Positions 1 to 9,553 of a stretch of 64,000 nt of DNA are shown here, piece by piece; within the stretch, counting starts at the first letter, position 1; every line of letters starts with the position of its first letter. Source of the stretch: Candidatus Omnitrophota bacterium (lineage in GTDB: Bacteria; Omnitrophota; Omnitrophia; Omnitrophales; JACQLI01); contig JACPCP010000022.1 of the NCBI GenBank assembly GCA_016179745.1, positions 3,536 through 67,535 on the forward strand, given 5' to 3'. The position numbers and the translations under genes are program-made. The notes beneath the pieces were generated by a model. It saw only the letters and a program-made list of their open reading frames with translations, made no database searches and was not told where the DNA came from.

Positions 1-93
1 AAGCGGGAGTGTGACGCATGAAAGCATTATAAGGGCGGAGGAAACAGGCAACAAGGGGTGAACAAAACAGGTGAACAAGACGGTGCCTTTGCT

Positions 94-2358
94 TCAGGTC
101 TTGAGGAAGGGGGTCACGGTGAGGCCGGCCTCTTCGAGGCCCAGACGAAGGGCGCCGGTTTCGGGAATGAAAAAGCAGGGGACCCCGGACTCGGTGAGGG
201 ATTCGGCGAGGGCAAGGGCTTCAGGGTCCTTACGGACAAAAACCACCTTCCGGGGAGAAAGGGTTTGGAGGATTTCACCGGCCAAAATTCGATCCGTCCG
301 GCCGGAGGGAAAAATCAAAAGATCCACGGAGACGAGCTCCTTCAAACGGGGCAGGGCCGCTTCGAGAATCTTTTTTTTCCAGGTCGGCACCAATAAAATT
401 TTCTGGGGCCCTTGATAAAGGATGAGGAAAACGGAATCTTCGACCACAGCCGGCGCCCAAAACCCGGACTCACCCTGAAATTGAATCCGGTCTCCGGAAC
501 GGAGCCGGGTCCGGTTCACCCGCTTGAGATTCGCTCCCTTCTCACCCGGCCCGGCAAAAAAAAGGGACGACACGGAAAAATTCCGGAGGAGCGTCGGAAG
601 GGCACCGGTGTGGCGGGCGGCCGAACCCGTCAGGACCACTCCCTCAAGCCGCTTCACCCCTTCCCGCCTCAAAAAGGGGCTCACGAGCCACCGGCCCTGG
701 TCGGAAGGGGCTCGCCGGCCGGCGTTCACGAGCCAATGCCTTCCACCCGGGAAGCGGACATGCAGGATTTCATTTTGCCCGGCCTCCAAAAATGTGACAG
801 CCAGATTCCGGTCCGCCCCCGGGAGAAAAAATAACGCCGCTGACAAAAGCCATAGAGAAACCGAAAGCGGGCCGAGGAAGGAAAGGCGTGACGATTTCAA
901 CTTGCCGGCCATCAAGGCAAAGGCCAGCGCCCCGTAATAAAAGGCAACGAGCCACGCTGAAGGCGGTCTCAGGTAAACGTAACCCCAGGAAATTTTGGAC
1001 CAAAGGGAAATCCAGCCGAGTCCGGCCTTGAGAAGCAGGGCCGCCAGTTTGACGAGGAGCGTCCCGAAAACGGGAAGGTCTCCAGCCGTCAAACTTCCGA
1101 TCCCCGCCATTGACCCGAGATGGAAAAGCGGGACCGCCAGAAGATTGGAAAAAAGGGCCGATCCCGAAAAAACATTAAAGTAGAGCACGCCCAGTGGAAA
1201 GGTCCCCACGAGGACAATCCCCGTCTGAAACCACTCGCCTGCCCATTCCTCCAAGGGCCGGGGCCTCACGAGAATGAGGGAGAGGACCGAGAGAAACGAA
1301 AGCTGGAACCCGACTTGAAAAAGCGCCTCAGGATCAAAAATCAAAATCGCAAAGAGCGCAAAGAAAAGGTTATTGAGGAGATCTTTCTCCCTTTCAAGGA
1401 GAAGCCCGGTGAAAAAAATCCCGGCCATCCAGCCGGCCCGGACCACGGGGATTCCGGCGCCGGAAAGGAAAACGTAACTCACCGTTGAGATGAGCCCGAC
1501 CCCGGCCGCCAGTTTTTGCGGGAACCGGGCCAGGATCGCCAGAAAGAAAAGGCTCCCTGCCACGAGCGTGATATTCATCCCGCTGATGGCCAAAAGGTGG
1601 GTCGTTCCCGTTTTCATAAAATCATCCCGGAATTCGTCCGGCAATCCTTTCCGAAGCCCCAGGAGGAGGGCCTTTAAAAATGCGTTGATCGGGAAGGCAA
1701 AAAGGGCGTCCAGCCGGCGGGCCGAGGCCTCCCGTAAATTTTGGATGACTTGAAGCGGCCTTTGAGCGAGCGGCAGGTCACGGTCCAAAACCCGGACGGA
1801 ACGGGGGCCGTAGGCCGAAAGGAGGGCGTAAATTCCCTGGCCCGCCAGGTAATCCCGGTAATTAAATTCTCCCGGGTTCCTGGGAATCTCCGGCCGCTCA
1901 AGCCTCCCCCACAACCGGACCCGGCTGCCGTAGGGAATCTCCTGGTTCGGATTAAAAAGAAAAACCTGGACCCGGCCGGCGGTCTCGTAAAATTTCTTTT
2001 CCAAAACCAAATTCTCCGAATCCAGAAGAAAGGAATAAATTTTCCTCCTCCCCTTCTCCTTGACCTCGGGGAGGGAGGCGGCCCGGCCTTCGACGGCCGT
2101 CCATGCCCCCTTCGAGAAATTCAGAATGTGGTGCGGTGGAATCCTTCCGACACTGTGGATGCGAAGGATTCCGAGGCCGGCCAGTGAAAGGAGAAAGAGG
2201 GGGAGAAAAAACCTCCGGCCCCGAAGAAACCAGAGAAAGGGAAGTAAAAAAAGCGTGAAGAGAAAAACGGGAGAATTGGGGAGAGGGAAAAGTTTTCCCA
2301 GAAGGACGCCGGCTCCGAGGCCGGCCGCCGGCCAGAAAAAAGGCCGCCGCCGCATCAA
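94..2358 (-). CDS. comEC: ComEC/Rec2-family DNA internalization channel protein
   Basis: 754-aa polytopic ORF with a competence-domain-like core (THLLAISGMNITLVAG). The C-terminal metallo-beta-lactamase-like region (VTFLEAGQNE ... VLTGSAARHTGAL) has a degenerate His/Asp metal motif. Confidence 0.7.
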   Translation of the reverse strand: MMRRRPFFWPAAGLGAGVLLGKLFPLPNSPVFLFTLFLLPFLWFLRGRRFFLPLFLLSLAGLGILRIHSVGRIPPHHILNFSKGAWTAVEGRAASLPEVKEKGRRKIYSFLLDSENLVLEKKFYETAGRVQVFLFNPNQEIPYGSRVRLWGRLERPEIPRNPGEFNYRDYLAGQGIYALLSAYGPRSVRVLDRDLPLAQRPLQVIQNLREASARRLDALFAFPINAFLKALLLGLRKGLPDEFRDDFMKTGTTHLLAISGMNITLVAGSLFFLAILARFPQKLAAGVGLISTVSYVFLSGAGIPVVRAGWMAGIFFTGLLLEREKDLLNNLFFALFAILIFDPEALFQVGFQLSFLSVLSLILVRPRPLEEWAGEWFQTGIVLVGTFPLGVLYFNVFSGSALFSNLLAVPLFHLGSMAGIGSLTAGDLPVFGTLLVKLAALLLKAGLGWISLWSKISWGYVYLRPPSAWLVAFYYGALAFALMAGKLKSSRLSFLGPLSVSLWLLSAALFFLPGADRNLAVTFLEAGQNEILHVRFPGGRHWLVNAGRRAPSDQGRWLVSPFLRREGVKRLEGVVLTGSAARHTGALPTLLRNFSVSSLFFAGPGEKGANLKRVNRTRLRSGDRIQFQGESGFWAPAVVEDSVFLILYQGPQKILLVPTWKKKILEAALPRLKELVSVDLLIFPSGRTDRILAGEILQTLSPRKVVFVRKDPEALALAESLTESGVPCFFIPETGALRLGLEEAGLTVTPFLKT

Positions 2359-2434
2359 AGGCTCATGAGATCAAAGCCTCCGTCTTCTTGGCGTTTGCCG
2401 GGCACCGCCTTGAGAGGGTCAGAAAGGTTTTTCA

Positions 2435-3994
2435 TCAGTCCAAATTCCGCTTTTTTTCCGTCGCCCAAAATTCCATGTGCCGCCCGAACATCAGACGGGT
2501 CTGAGCGTCCAGGGCCGGGAGCGCGCTCAAAAACGTAAAGACAAACGGGACCAAAAGCCACTCCAAGGCCAGGCCCAGTCTTTTCAAAAGGGGGCGCTTC
2601 ACCTTCTTCTTGGGAAGAAGGGAGAGACTTAAAAGGACCGTGGTAAAGAAAGCCACGAAACTCAGGTTGAAAATGGTCGACGTGATCCGGGGGGAGCTGT
2701 AATAAAGAACGGAATTGGAAAACTCGTGCCCGCTAAAGACGGCCGGAAACCAGCCGATCACCGCCAGGAGAAACGCCCACGTGGCCCAAGACACATGATT
2801 GTCGAAAAGCTTCAGGGCGTGACTCATCCTCACCTTCAATGGAATCCTATCAGACTTCAAAAAGGCCCTCATGACAAGCGGAAAATTCTCGGCGCCCCAG
2901 GCCCAACGGCGCTTCTGCCGGTAGACATTGACCACCGTCTTCCACCAGGTGCCGGCGTTGACGACATCCATCGAAAGCGTCACGGGAAGCGGCACGACCT
3001 GGTAATTGCCGTCATAATGAATGAAGGCCTTCCAGAAAATGGCGGAGTCATCGGAGATCATGTCGACCGGCCAGCAGCCTACCTCCATAAGTGCCTTGAA
3101 ACTCATGCTGTGGCTCGAGAAGGTCACGAGCCGGTCCGGGTTTGTGGCCTCGATCATTTGAAAGAAGGAGGAGCCGATGTCGAGGACCCGTGAAAAACCC
3201 GGGGCCTCCCAAATATTGTTGTGATAGACGGGGATCGGCTGGAAGCTTGCCCGGTCCCTCTCCGGGGAAACCATGAAGTGATAGGTCAGGCAGGAAAAAT
3301 AATCCGGGCTCACGACCGTGTCAGCGTCAAAGCAGGAGACAATCACGTTTTCGAAAGGAACCTGACGGGCCTCAAAATATTTCGCCGCTTCCCGGGCCGC
3401 AAAGGTGGCGTTGGCGCCCTTCACCCGGGCCTCTCCCGGAAGGCCGTCCGGGTGGGAGACGACCAGAAGGTCCAGGAGCCTGTCCCGATATTTTCTCTCC
3501 ATCTCCCGGGCTCCTTGCTTGACGGCCTCGGTTGAGCGCTCCTCCACGGCCAGGACCGTCAGGATTCGTTTCGAAGGAAACCGCTGGCTCAAGAGACTTT
3601 GAATCCCCGGATCCACAATTTCACGGGTCTCCTGCAAAAGGGGAAAAAGGACCAGGTGATAAATTTCTTTTGAGGACGGGGGCGGCGAACCGCTTTTTTT
3701 CAAAGCGCCGGCCAAATCGTCGACCCCCCGAACCCGGGCCATCCAGTCGGTCTCCTTTTCCAGGGAGAGCCGAAACGTGGCCAGCACCAGGAGGATCGTC
3801 ATATAGAAAAGCCGGAGGAGCCAATAGAGATCAAAGGCAATGATGAGGACGGCGGCCGTGAGCGGTTTCCAAAAGGAGAGAAAAAGCATTCCGAGGAGAA
3901 GGGTCCAGCTCGTGCCCCCGACCAGAATTTCGAAAAGGCGGTGGAGCGATTTCTCCCGGCCTTCGAGCCCGTGCCTTGAAAAGTGATAGTTCAC
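2435..3994 (-). CDS. Membrane-embedded processive family-2 glycosyltransferase (synthase-like)
   Basis: 519 aa with N- and C-terminal TM segments. It carries the GT2 motifs SCFDADT and a QxxRW-type motif (YRQKRRWAWG). The GTG start overlaps the upstream stop (GTGA at 3991-3994). Confidence 0.7.
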   Translation of the reverse strand: MNYHFSRHGLEGREKSLHRLFEILVGGTSWTLLLGMLFLSFWKPLTAAVLIIAFDLYWLLRLFYMTILLVLATFRLSLEKETDWMARVRGVDDLAGALKKSGSPPPSSKEIYHLVLFPLLQETREIVDPGIQSLLSQRFPSKRILTVLAVEERSTEAVKQGAREMERKYRDRLLDLLVVSHPDGLPGEARVKGANATFAAREAAKYFEARQVPFENVIVSCFDADTVVSPDYFSCLTYHFMVSPERDRASFQPIPVYHNNIWEAPGFSRVLDIGSSFFQMIEATNPDRLVTFSSHSMSFKALMEVGCWPVDMISDDSAIFWKAFIHYDGNYQVVPLPVTLSMDVVNAGTWWKTVVNVYRQKRRWAWGAENFPLVMRAFLKSDRIPLKVRMSHALKLFDNHVSWATWAFLLAVIGWFPAVFSGHEFSNSVLYYSSPRITSTIFNLSFVAFFTTVLLSLSLLPKKKVKRPLLKRLGLALEWLLVPFVFTFLSALPALDAQTRLMFGRHMEFWATEKKRNLD

Positions 3995-5412
3995 AGTTCG
4001 GGGAGGGGAAGAATTTCCCGGCTCGGAAGAATTTCAATCGAGGCAAGCCGGCCGCTTGGGTGTTCCAGATAATAAAGCTGACCGGACTCCTCGGAATAGT
4101 AAACGGAGCTGCCGTCTCTGACCTGAACCAGGGGAAGGGCAGAGCTTTCTCCGGAACCCTCCCCTTCCAGGAGGAAGACCCGGTCTCCCTCCCGAAACAC
4201 AATGTGGGAACCTTCATAAACCCAGAAGGCCTGCTCAATCCGGCGCCCCCCCTCAAAGATCCATCGAAGCCCGGGTCCTTTTTCAAAGATTTCCCTCCCG
4301 CCCGACTCCTCGGAGAAATCCAGGACTCCTACTTTTTCCGAAGTCCACAGAAGGAGCCGCTTCCCCTGGGGCTCGAATTCCATCCCGAGCACCCCCTTTT
4401 CCACAAACCGGTAAGGGAGGCGGCTGGCGAGAAGCTCGCCCCCTTCTCCCAGAAATACGAAAAGTTCCTTCGAGAGCCCTTTCACCTGATAATATTTTCC
4501 GGCAAACAGAGACCGGCTCAGCGTGGAATCGCCCAGGAGCAGTTCCTCATTCTTTCCTTCCGGATCCACTTTTCTAAACGTCCGGTCGGACGCCAAAAAA
4601 TAAACCTCCCGGTCGAAAAGGCCGAATCCCCGGAGGTCCTTCAAAAAATTCGGTTCCACGGATTTCGTCAGGATCTCAAGCCGGCTGAGGTTCTGGTCTT
4701 CGACGGAAAAAATCAGGCCCTTGAGGCGGGGGTCCCACTCCACGTGCCGGGGTTTGGCGGGGAAAAGCAGGGTCACGTCCTCGACCCGGGGGCCCTTCTT
4801 TCGGGGGTCCAGCCACAGGAATTTTTCCGCCCCCCGGAAATCCACGTGGAGAAGGATCCTGGAACTTCCCCGCATCAGAGTGTGGTCGAGGACCCGTGCC
4901 GCCCCAAAGAGGGACCGGGCCGGAAGAAGGCGGCGGAGTTTTTGCCATCTCCAATCATAGAGAAAAAGATCCTTCACCTTCGGCCCCCTTTTGAGAAGAA
5001 GGAGCCGGGTGTCCGGGAGAGCCGTCATTTCCCGGAAGGGACCGGCCAAAAGAACCCGGTGTTTCCAGGACGACGGAGTAAGCAGAATCCGGTCGAACAC
5101 CGTTGCCTTTTCGCTCTCGACCGAGACCGTTTTCGACCAGGGGCGGTGATTTCTCAAAACGATTTTGACCGGATACGGGCCGGGAAGGAGGTTATGGAGC
5201 GTGGCCGGGGTCTTGCCGGTAAAGCGCTTGCCTCCCACATAAACGGTGGCGCCCGAAGGCGAGGTCGCAAGATGAATCACTCCGGTCTTGACGATCCCCG
5301 TCTCGGACCCCGGCCGGTAAAGATACCCGAGGGCATACAAGATCGTCAGCGGACACAGGAAAACGTAGAGGGACAGAAAAAAATAGAAAAGGATCTTTCT
5401 CAGTTGTTTCAT
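3991..5412 (-). CDS. PEGA-domain membrane-anchored protein with large beta-rich C-terminal region
   Basis: 473 aa with an N-terminal TM helix, then a PEGA-like segment (SPSGATVYVGGKRFTGKTPATLHNLLPGPYPVKIVLRNHRPWSKTVSV). The remaining ~380 aa are uncharacterised. Confidence 0.6.
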   Translation of the reverse strand: MKQLRKILFYFFLSLYVFLCPLTILYALGYLYRPGSETGIVKTGVIHLATSPSGATVYVGGKRFTGKTPATLHNLLPGPYPVKIVLRNHRPWSKTVSVESEKATVFDRILLTPSSWKHRVLLAGPFREMTALPDTRLLLLKRGPKVKDLFLYDWRWQKLRRLLPARSLFGAARVLDHTLMRGSSRILLHVDFRGAEKFLWLDPRKKGPRVEDVTLLFPAKPRHVEWDPRLKGLIFSVEDQNLSRLEILTKSVEPNFLKDLRGFGLFDREVYFLASDRTFRKVDPEGKNEELLLGDSTLSRSLFAGKYYQVKGLSKELFVFLGEGGELLASRLPYRFVEKGVLGMEFEPQGKRLLLWTSEKVGVLDFSEESGGREIFEKGPGLRWIFEGGRRIEQAFWVYEGSHIVFREGDRVFLLEGEGSGESSALPLVQVRDGSSVYYSEESGQLYYLEHPSGRLASIEILPSREILPLPEL

Positions 5413-5538
5413 CTTTAAAAGGCCGGCTCCGTTTTAGCGGACCGTGCTCACCCAGGAGACGGCCGACGCCGTCAGGAGGAGGACCAGCAGAAAGAAGAGC
5501 AGGGTGTCTTGATGATAACGAAGAGGGCTCATGAAAAC

Positions 5539-6033
5539 TTAGTAGAGGCTGAGAGTCAGGGTTTGACCCTTAAAATCGAGAATCACTTCCTGGCTCCGAA
5601 TCTCTTTGACCTCGGCCCCGTTCACGGCCTCCCCCACCCGGACCAGCTCATTGTTGATGATGGCCGTCCAATCCGACCCACTCCGGCTGATGCCGGTCAG
5701 GTGAAAGGGTCCCTGGCGTCTCGAAGAAACCGGAAGCGGCGGCGCCGGCGGCCGTGACACTTCGGCCGCCCCCGTAAACTCAGGCTGGGAATCCGTTTTG
5801 TCCCTGGAAGCCAAAAACAAATAACCGAGGCCGAGGATGAAAAAAAATCCGAGAACGGCCCCGATCCCAAAAACAACTTTGGATTTCTTCTCGGGAGGGG
5901 AAGGCTTGGCCGAAAGAAGGGGGCTCTCAGAAAGCGGGGTGGTTTGCCGTTCAGCCGGTTCGGAAACCTCTGGATTCGGAACGTTTTTCGTCTCCTCCTC
6001 CAGCTTCTGAAGGGCTTCGTGAATCAAACTCAT
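5539..6033 (-). CDS. GspB/ExeB-like protein (partner of ExeA-like ATPase)
   Basis: 164 aa. N-terminus MSLIHEALQKLEEE resembles GspB N-termini. It has a central TM helix and a C-terminal T2SSB-like segment (TAIINNELVRVGEAVNGAEVKEIRSQEVILDF). ATGA overlap with the upstream ATPase gene. Confidence 0.5.
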   Translation of the reverse strand: MSLIHEALQKLEEETKNVPNPEVSEPAERQTTPLSESPLLSAKPSPPEKKSKVVFGIGAVLGFFFILGLGYLFLASRDKTDSQPEFTGAAEVSRPPAPPLPVSSRRQGPFHLTGISRSGSDWTAIINNELVRVGEAVNGAEVKEIRSQEVILDFKGQTLTLSLY

Positions 6034-6845
6034 ACTTTGATTCCTTCCAAATCCATTTGCGCCTCTTCTACAAGCGCTGCTTCCACCATCCGGGTCCCCT
6101 TGACGTAAGCGGCAAGGAGGGCCCGGTCGGCCAGGACATTGATCAAGCGGGGAATGCCTCCCGAGTGTTCGTAAATTTTCTCAAGGGCCTCGGGGGTAAA
6201 AAAGGAAACCTCCGGATCCGAACCCGCCACTCCGAGCCGGTGGGCGATATATTTCCCGGTCTCCTCCCGGCTGAGAGAGGGCAAGTGATACCGGATCGCA
6301 ATCCGCTGGCGAAGCTGCTCCAAATCAGGACGGGCCAGAAGGGCCCTCAGCTCCGGCTGGCCCACCAGGATGATTTGCAGGAGCTTCTCCCGGGTGGTTT
6401 CCAGATTGGAGAGGAGCCTCACCTGCTCCAGGGCGCCTGGGCTTAAATTTTGAGCCTCGTCAATGATCAAAACCGCATTGTTCCCCTTCTCCAGTTCGGC
6501 AAGGAGAAACTGGTTCAGGGCATCGAAATAGTCCTTGCGCCGTTTCCCGGGCGGCTCAATCCCGAGGTCCTCGACAATCGTCTGGAGGAGCTCCACCTGG
6601 GAAAGTTTGGGGTTGAAGATGAAGGCGCTCTTGACCCGGCCCTCCAATTCCTTCAGGAGGGTCCGGCAGAGAGTGGTCTTCCCGGCGCCGATTTCACCCG
6701 TGATCTCGATAAATCCCCGCCGGCTTTCGATGCCGTAAAGCAGGGTCGAAAGCGCTTCGAGGTGATGACGGCTTAAATAAATAAAACGGGGGTCCGGGGT
6801 GACATTGAAGGGCGCTTCTTTCAGGCCGAAGAAGGATTCGTACAT
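6030..6845 (-). CDS. ExeA/GspA-like AAA ATPase (AAA core only)
   Basis: 271 aa. N-terminus MYESFFGLKEAPFNVTPDPRFIY is typical of ExeA-like proteins. Walker A is GEIGAGKTT and Walker B is VLIIDEAQ. No C-terminal peptidoglycan-binding domain. Confidence 0.8.
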   Translation of the reverse strand: MYESFFGLKEAPFNVTPDPRFIYLSRHHLEALSTLLYGIESRRGFIEITGEIGAGKTTLCRTLLKELEGRVKSAFIFNPKLSQVELLQTIVEDLGIEPPGKRRKDYFDALNQFLLAELEKGNNAVLIIDEAQNLSPGALEQVRLLSNLETTREKLLQIILVGQPELRALLARPDLEQLRQRIAIRYHLPSLSREETGKYIAHRLGVAGSDPEVSFFTPEALEKIYEHSGGIPRLINVLADRALLAAYVKGTRMVEAALVEEAQMDLEGIKV

Positions 6846-7097
6846 TCGAGGCCGTTAGTTGGACGGATTTTACTCCGGGCCCTTCCCAAAAGCAATCAGA
6901 AACTGGAGCAGAATCTTGTACCCGCTAAAATAAATTCCTCCACAAGGTCGCCGGCGGAGTCAGCTACCGGCCCCCGTTTTGAGCGGGAGCCGACAGGTTA
7001 GGGCTGTGGAGGGACCCCTTTCTTTCTCAAGAAACTCACCCAAGAATTGGTTCCTCCGCTTCCGGAATTCCGGAATTAGGCGATGTCACCGAAAGCG

Positions 7098-7436
7098 TCA
7101 GATGGCGGCTCCTTCCTCTTCAGGAATCGTAATCTCCACCGACTTGGCGACCGAACTGCCGGAGGCCGTATCCTTCTCGACTTCCAGCTTGGCAATGTCG
7201 CCTTCCACCACTTCGGCCAGAGAGGCCGCATCGCCTGAAAAGACGGTTGTGTCGGAAACAGAAACAGCAACCTTCTCCTCGGCGCCGGTCTGGGCGTTCT
7301 TGGTGGTAACCTCGAGTTTGTTGCCGTCGAGGTCCACGCTGGCCACGTTGCCTTCCACGGTCTCAGCAAGGACGATCCCGCAAGGAAGAACCATCAGGGC
7401 CAACACGGCCAACGCAATGAGCTTGTTGACTTTCAT
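7098..7436 (-). CDS. Small secreted hypothetical protein
   Basis: 112 aa with a signal-peptide-like N-terminus (MKVNKLIALAVLALMVLPCGIVLAE). Acidic and beta-rich, with two similar halves. An AGGAGGA-type RBS lies upstream. Confidence 0.5.
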   Translation of the reverse strand: MKVNKLIALAVLALMVLPCGIVLAETVEGNVASVDLDGNKLEVTTKNAQTGAEEKVAVSVSDTTVFSGDAASLAEVVEGDIAKLEVEKDTASGSSVAKSVEITIPEEEGAAI

Positions 7437-7493
7437 ATCAGTGTATCCTCCTTTCCTTTTAGAGGCGGGATTATACCCCCTCTTGGGCGGAAT

Positions 7494-9551
7494 TCAAGTC
7501 CTCTTTGGACTAGGGGCGGGTCGAAATTCAAAGACCCGGCCGTCCTTCCGGGAGAGGCTCACCGTAAACTTGACGGCCCGGTCTGAGTTCAAGACCTCTT
7601 TCTCGCCCGAAATGAGTTCCCGGACCCTCAACCGGCCCTTGCCCCGAAGGTAGGGAATGTGGATCAGAGCGCTTTTCTCTTCCTTGCCGTTATTGACGGC
7701 CACAAGGTAACACTTTTTCCCGCCCCGGCAGTAAAGCGCCGTCTTGACTTCCCGGGTGCTCGAGTAAGCGTAAAGCGGAATCTTTAGGAATTGCAGGACT
7801 TCAAGAATCATCTCGGCCGTGGGCTCGAAACCCAGATGAATGAGCTGGCCCTTCCCGATCCGTTTCCGATAGCCCACCGTCTGCCGTCCGTAAGGGCCCA
7901 GGGAGGCCTTGATCTTCTCACCTTCCGCCTGGTCAAAACAGTAAACGGAGCTCGTGATCGGAATCTTGGGCCGGTCCGGGGCAAACTGGAAATCAAACCT
8001 CCTTTTAAATTCGAAAAGGACCCGGGACGGTTCGTGAAAGCCGACGATGTTGCTCGGCTCAAAATGATCGTCCTTCCTCGGAAAATTCCGGAAGGCCACC
8101 AAAATACCGCCCTCTTCCACGTAACGGCGAAGATTTTCCTGGGCCTTCCGCTCGAGCCACTGGTTGCCGGAATAAAAAACCACTTTGGACCGGGTGACCC
8201 CCACTCGGGGGTCATAAAGCGAGTAATCGATATCGGCCCCGTAAAGGGCAACGAGAATGGGGCTATTGTGCGTGAGGGTGCGGGCGGCATATTGAATCGG
8301 ATTGATCGTCACAGCCACGTCGCTCAACTTCTTCAAGGAGGGCGGGTTCATCTGCCGGAAAACCCGCACTAAATCCCGGAAGACATTATAAAGCTCGGGC
8401 CGGGTCCGCCCCCATTCATTGATCGGAGACATATACCAGTTGTCCCGGTTGACCAGCATATACCAGTTCCAGCCGCACACGCCGCCGAGAAGGGCGCTCA
8501 AGGTAATCAGACGGTAATGGTTGGGCGTGAGGACCCCGGTTTCATAGTGGCGGGCGTGCCAGACCCCGGCGGCAAATTCAGCGATGTAAGGGATCTTGGA
8601 AACGCTTCTAAGGTAGCGGACCTTGTCGATCAGCTTCCGCTGCTCGTAGTCATCCTCCGTGAGTTCGCTGGAAGGATAAAGATCGATCCCGATCAAGTCG
8701 GCCGCGGTCTGCATCTGAAGCCAGTCGTGCGCATAAAAGAACGGGTAGAGGTTCAGGTAAATGGGGACATTGATGCCGAGGTCCCGATAGGTTTTGACAT
8801 TCCAGCGGGCGCATTCCAGGGAATAGTGGTATTTGAATTTGAAGTAATCGATGTTCCGATTGAGTTCCTTGTCGCCCTTGAGCGGGAGGCCCGGCTCGTC
8901 CTTGAACATGGTGGCAATGTAAGGGGCCACGTCTTTGAAACTCTGATACCGGGTCCCCCAACGTTCGTTTAAGAGTTGGAGATTCCCGCCGTAAAACTCC
9001 TTCATGAATTCCTGGAAGAGGCCCGGTCTTCCGTCGAGGCCGTATTGCTGGCCGAAGACGTCCGGCCAGGGATCGATCTCGTTATCGGCCTGAAGAAGGA
9101 TGACGTGCCCGCCGGAACGGGTCGCCAGGAAGGGACGAATCACTTGCGTCACCCGGCTCATATATTCCCGGGCATACTGCAAAAATTTGGGATGAAGGCG
9201 GTGATACTTGTAAGCATAGGCCGGAACCCCTTCATTGGGCCATTCGCTGTAAATGTAGGGGCCGGGACGGATGATGACGTAAAATCCTTTTCGCCGGGCG
9301 AGGGCCAGGAAGGCCTTGAGATTCCGGGTCTCGTCGGTTTTCCCGGTGAAATCAAATTTTCCCCGCTCGTATTCGTGATAATCCCACGGCACGTAGGTGG
9401 CGACGACCTGAAGTCCCATCTCACGGACCCGGTTCAGAATCTCCTCCCAATAATTGGGATTGAGCCGCCAATAGTGGACTTCCCCGCTGACCAGCGGGAT
9501 TTGTTTCCTTCCCACCCAGACTGTATTTTTCCGGATCGTCACCTGGGACAT
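7494..9551 (-). CDS. Glycoside hydrolase family 35 beta-galactosidase-like protein
   Basis: GH35-like N-terminal block (SGEVHYWRLNPNYWEEILNRVREMGLQVVATYVPWDYHEYERGKFDFTG ... IIRPGPYIYSEWPNEGVPAY) and LLQADNEI. No signal peptide. Start set at MSQVTIRK (9551), 3 nt from the leuS stop. Confidence 0.7.
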   Translation of the reverse strand: MSQVTIRKNTVWVGRKQIPLVSGEVHYWRLNPNYWEEILNRVREMGLQVVATYVPWDYHEYERGKFDFTGKTDETRNLKAFLALARRKGFYVIIRPGPYIYSEWPNEGVPAYAYKYHRLHPKFLQYAREYMSRVTQVIRPFLATRSGGHVILLQADNEIDPWPDVFGQQYGLDGRPGLFQEFMKEFYGGNLQLLNERWGTRYQSFKDVAPYIATMFKDEPGLPLKGDKELNRNIDYFKFKYHYSLECARWNVKTYRDLGINVPIYLNLYPFFYAHDWLQMQTAADLIGIDLYPSSELTEDDYEQRKLIDKVRYLRSVSKIPYIAEFAAGVWHARHYETGVLTPNHYRLITLSALLGGVCGWNWYMLVNRDNWYMSPINEWGRTRPELYNVFRDLVRVFRQMNPPSLKKLSDVAVTINPIQYAARTLTHNSPILVALYGADIDYSLYDPRVGVTRSKVVFYSGNQWLERKAQENLRRYVEEGGILVAFRNFPRKDDHFEPSNIVGFHEPSRVLFEFKRRFDFQFAPDRPKIPITSSVYCFDQAEGEKIKASLGPYGRQTVGYRKRIGKGQLIHLGFEPTAEMILEVLQFLKIPLYAYSSTREVKTALYCRGGKKCYLVAVNNGKEEKSALIHIPYLRGKGRLRVRELISGEKEVLNSDRAVKFTVSLSRKDGRVFEFRPAPSPKRT

Positions 9552-9553
9552 TT

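Noticed and set aside
3976-5418. 480-aa plus-strand ORF antisense to the PEGA gene.
   Set aside because: It is a shadow ORF typical of GC-rich DNA. The sequence is low-complexity and Pro/Gly/Arg-rich, has no recognisable motifs, and is fully overlapped by a minus-strand gene with a clear domain. The same applies to the plus-strand ORFs 29502-30548, 32681-34348, 41506-43107, 48030-49154, 49191-50315 and 59000-60025.
7060-7075. Perfect 16-bp palindrome TTCCGGAATTCCGGAA downstream of the small secreted-protein gene.
   Set aside because: It could be a weak terminator or a binding site. There is no T-run, no second copy in the window and no adjacent regulator, so the evidence is insufficient for a call.
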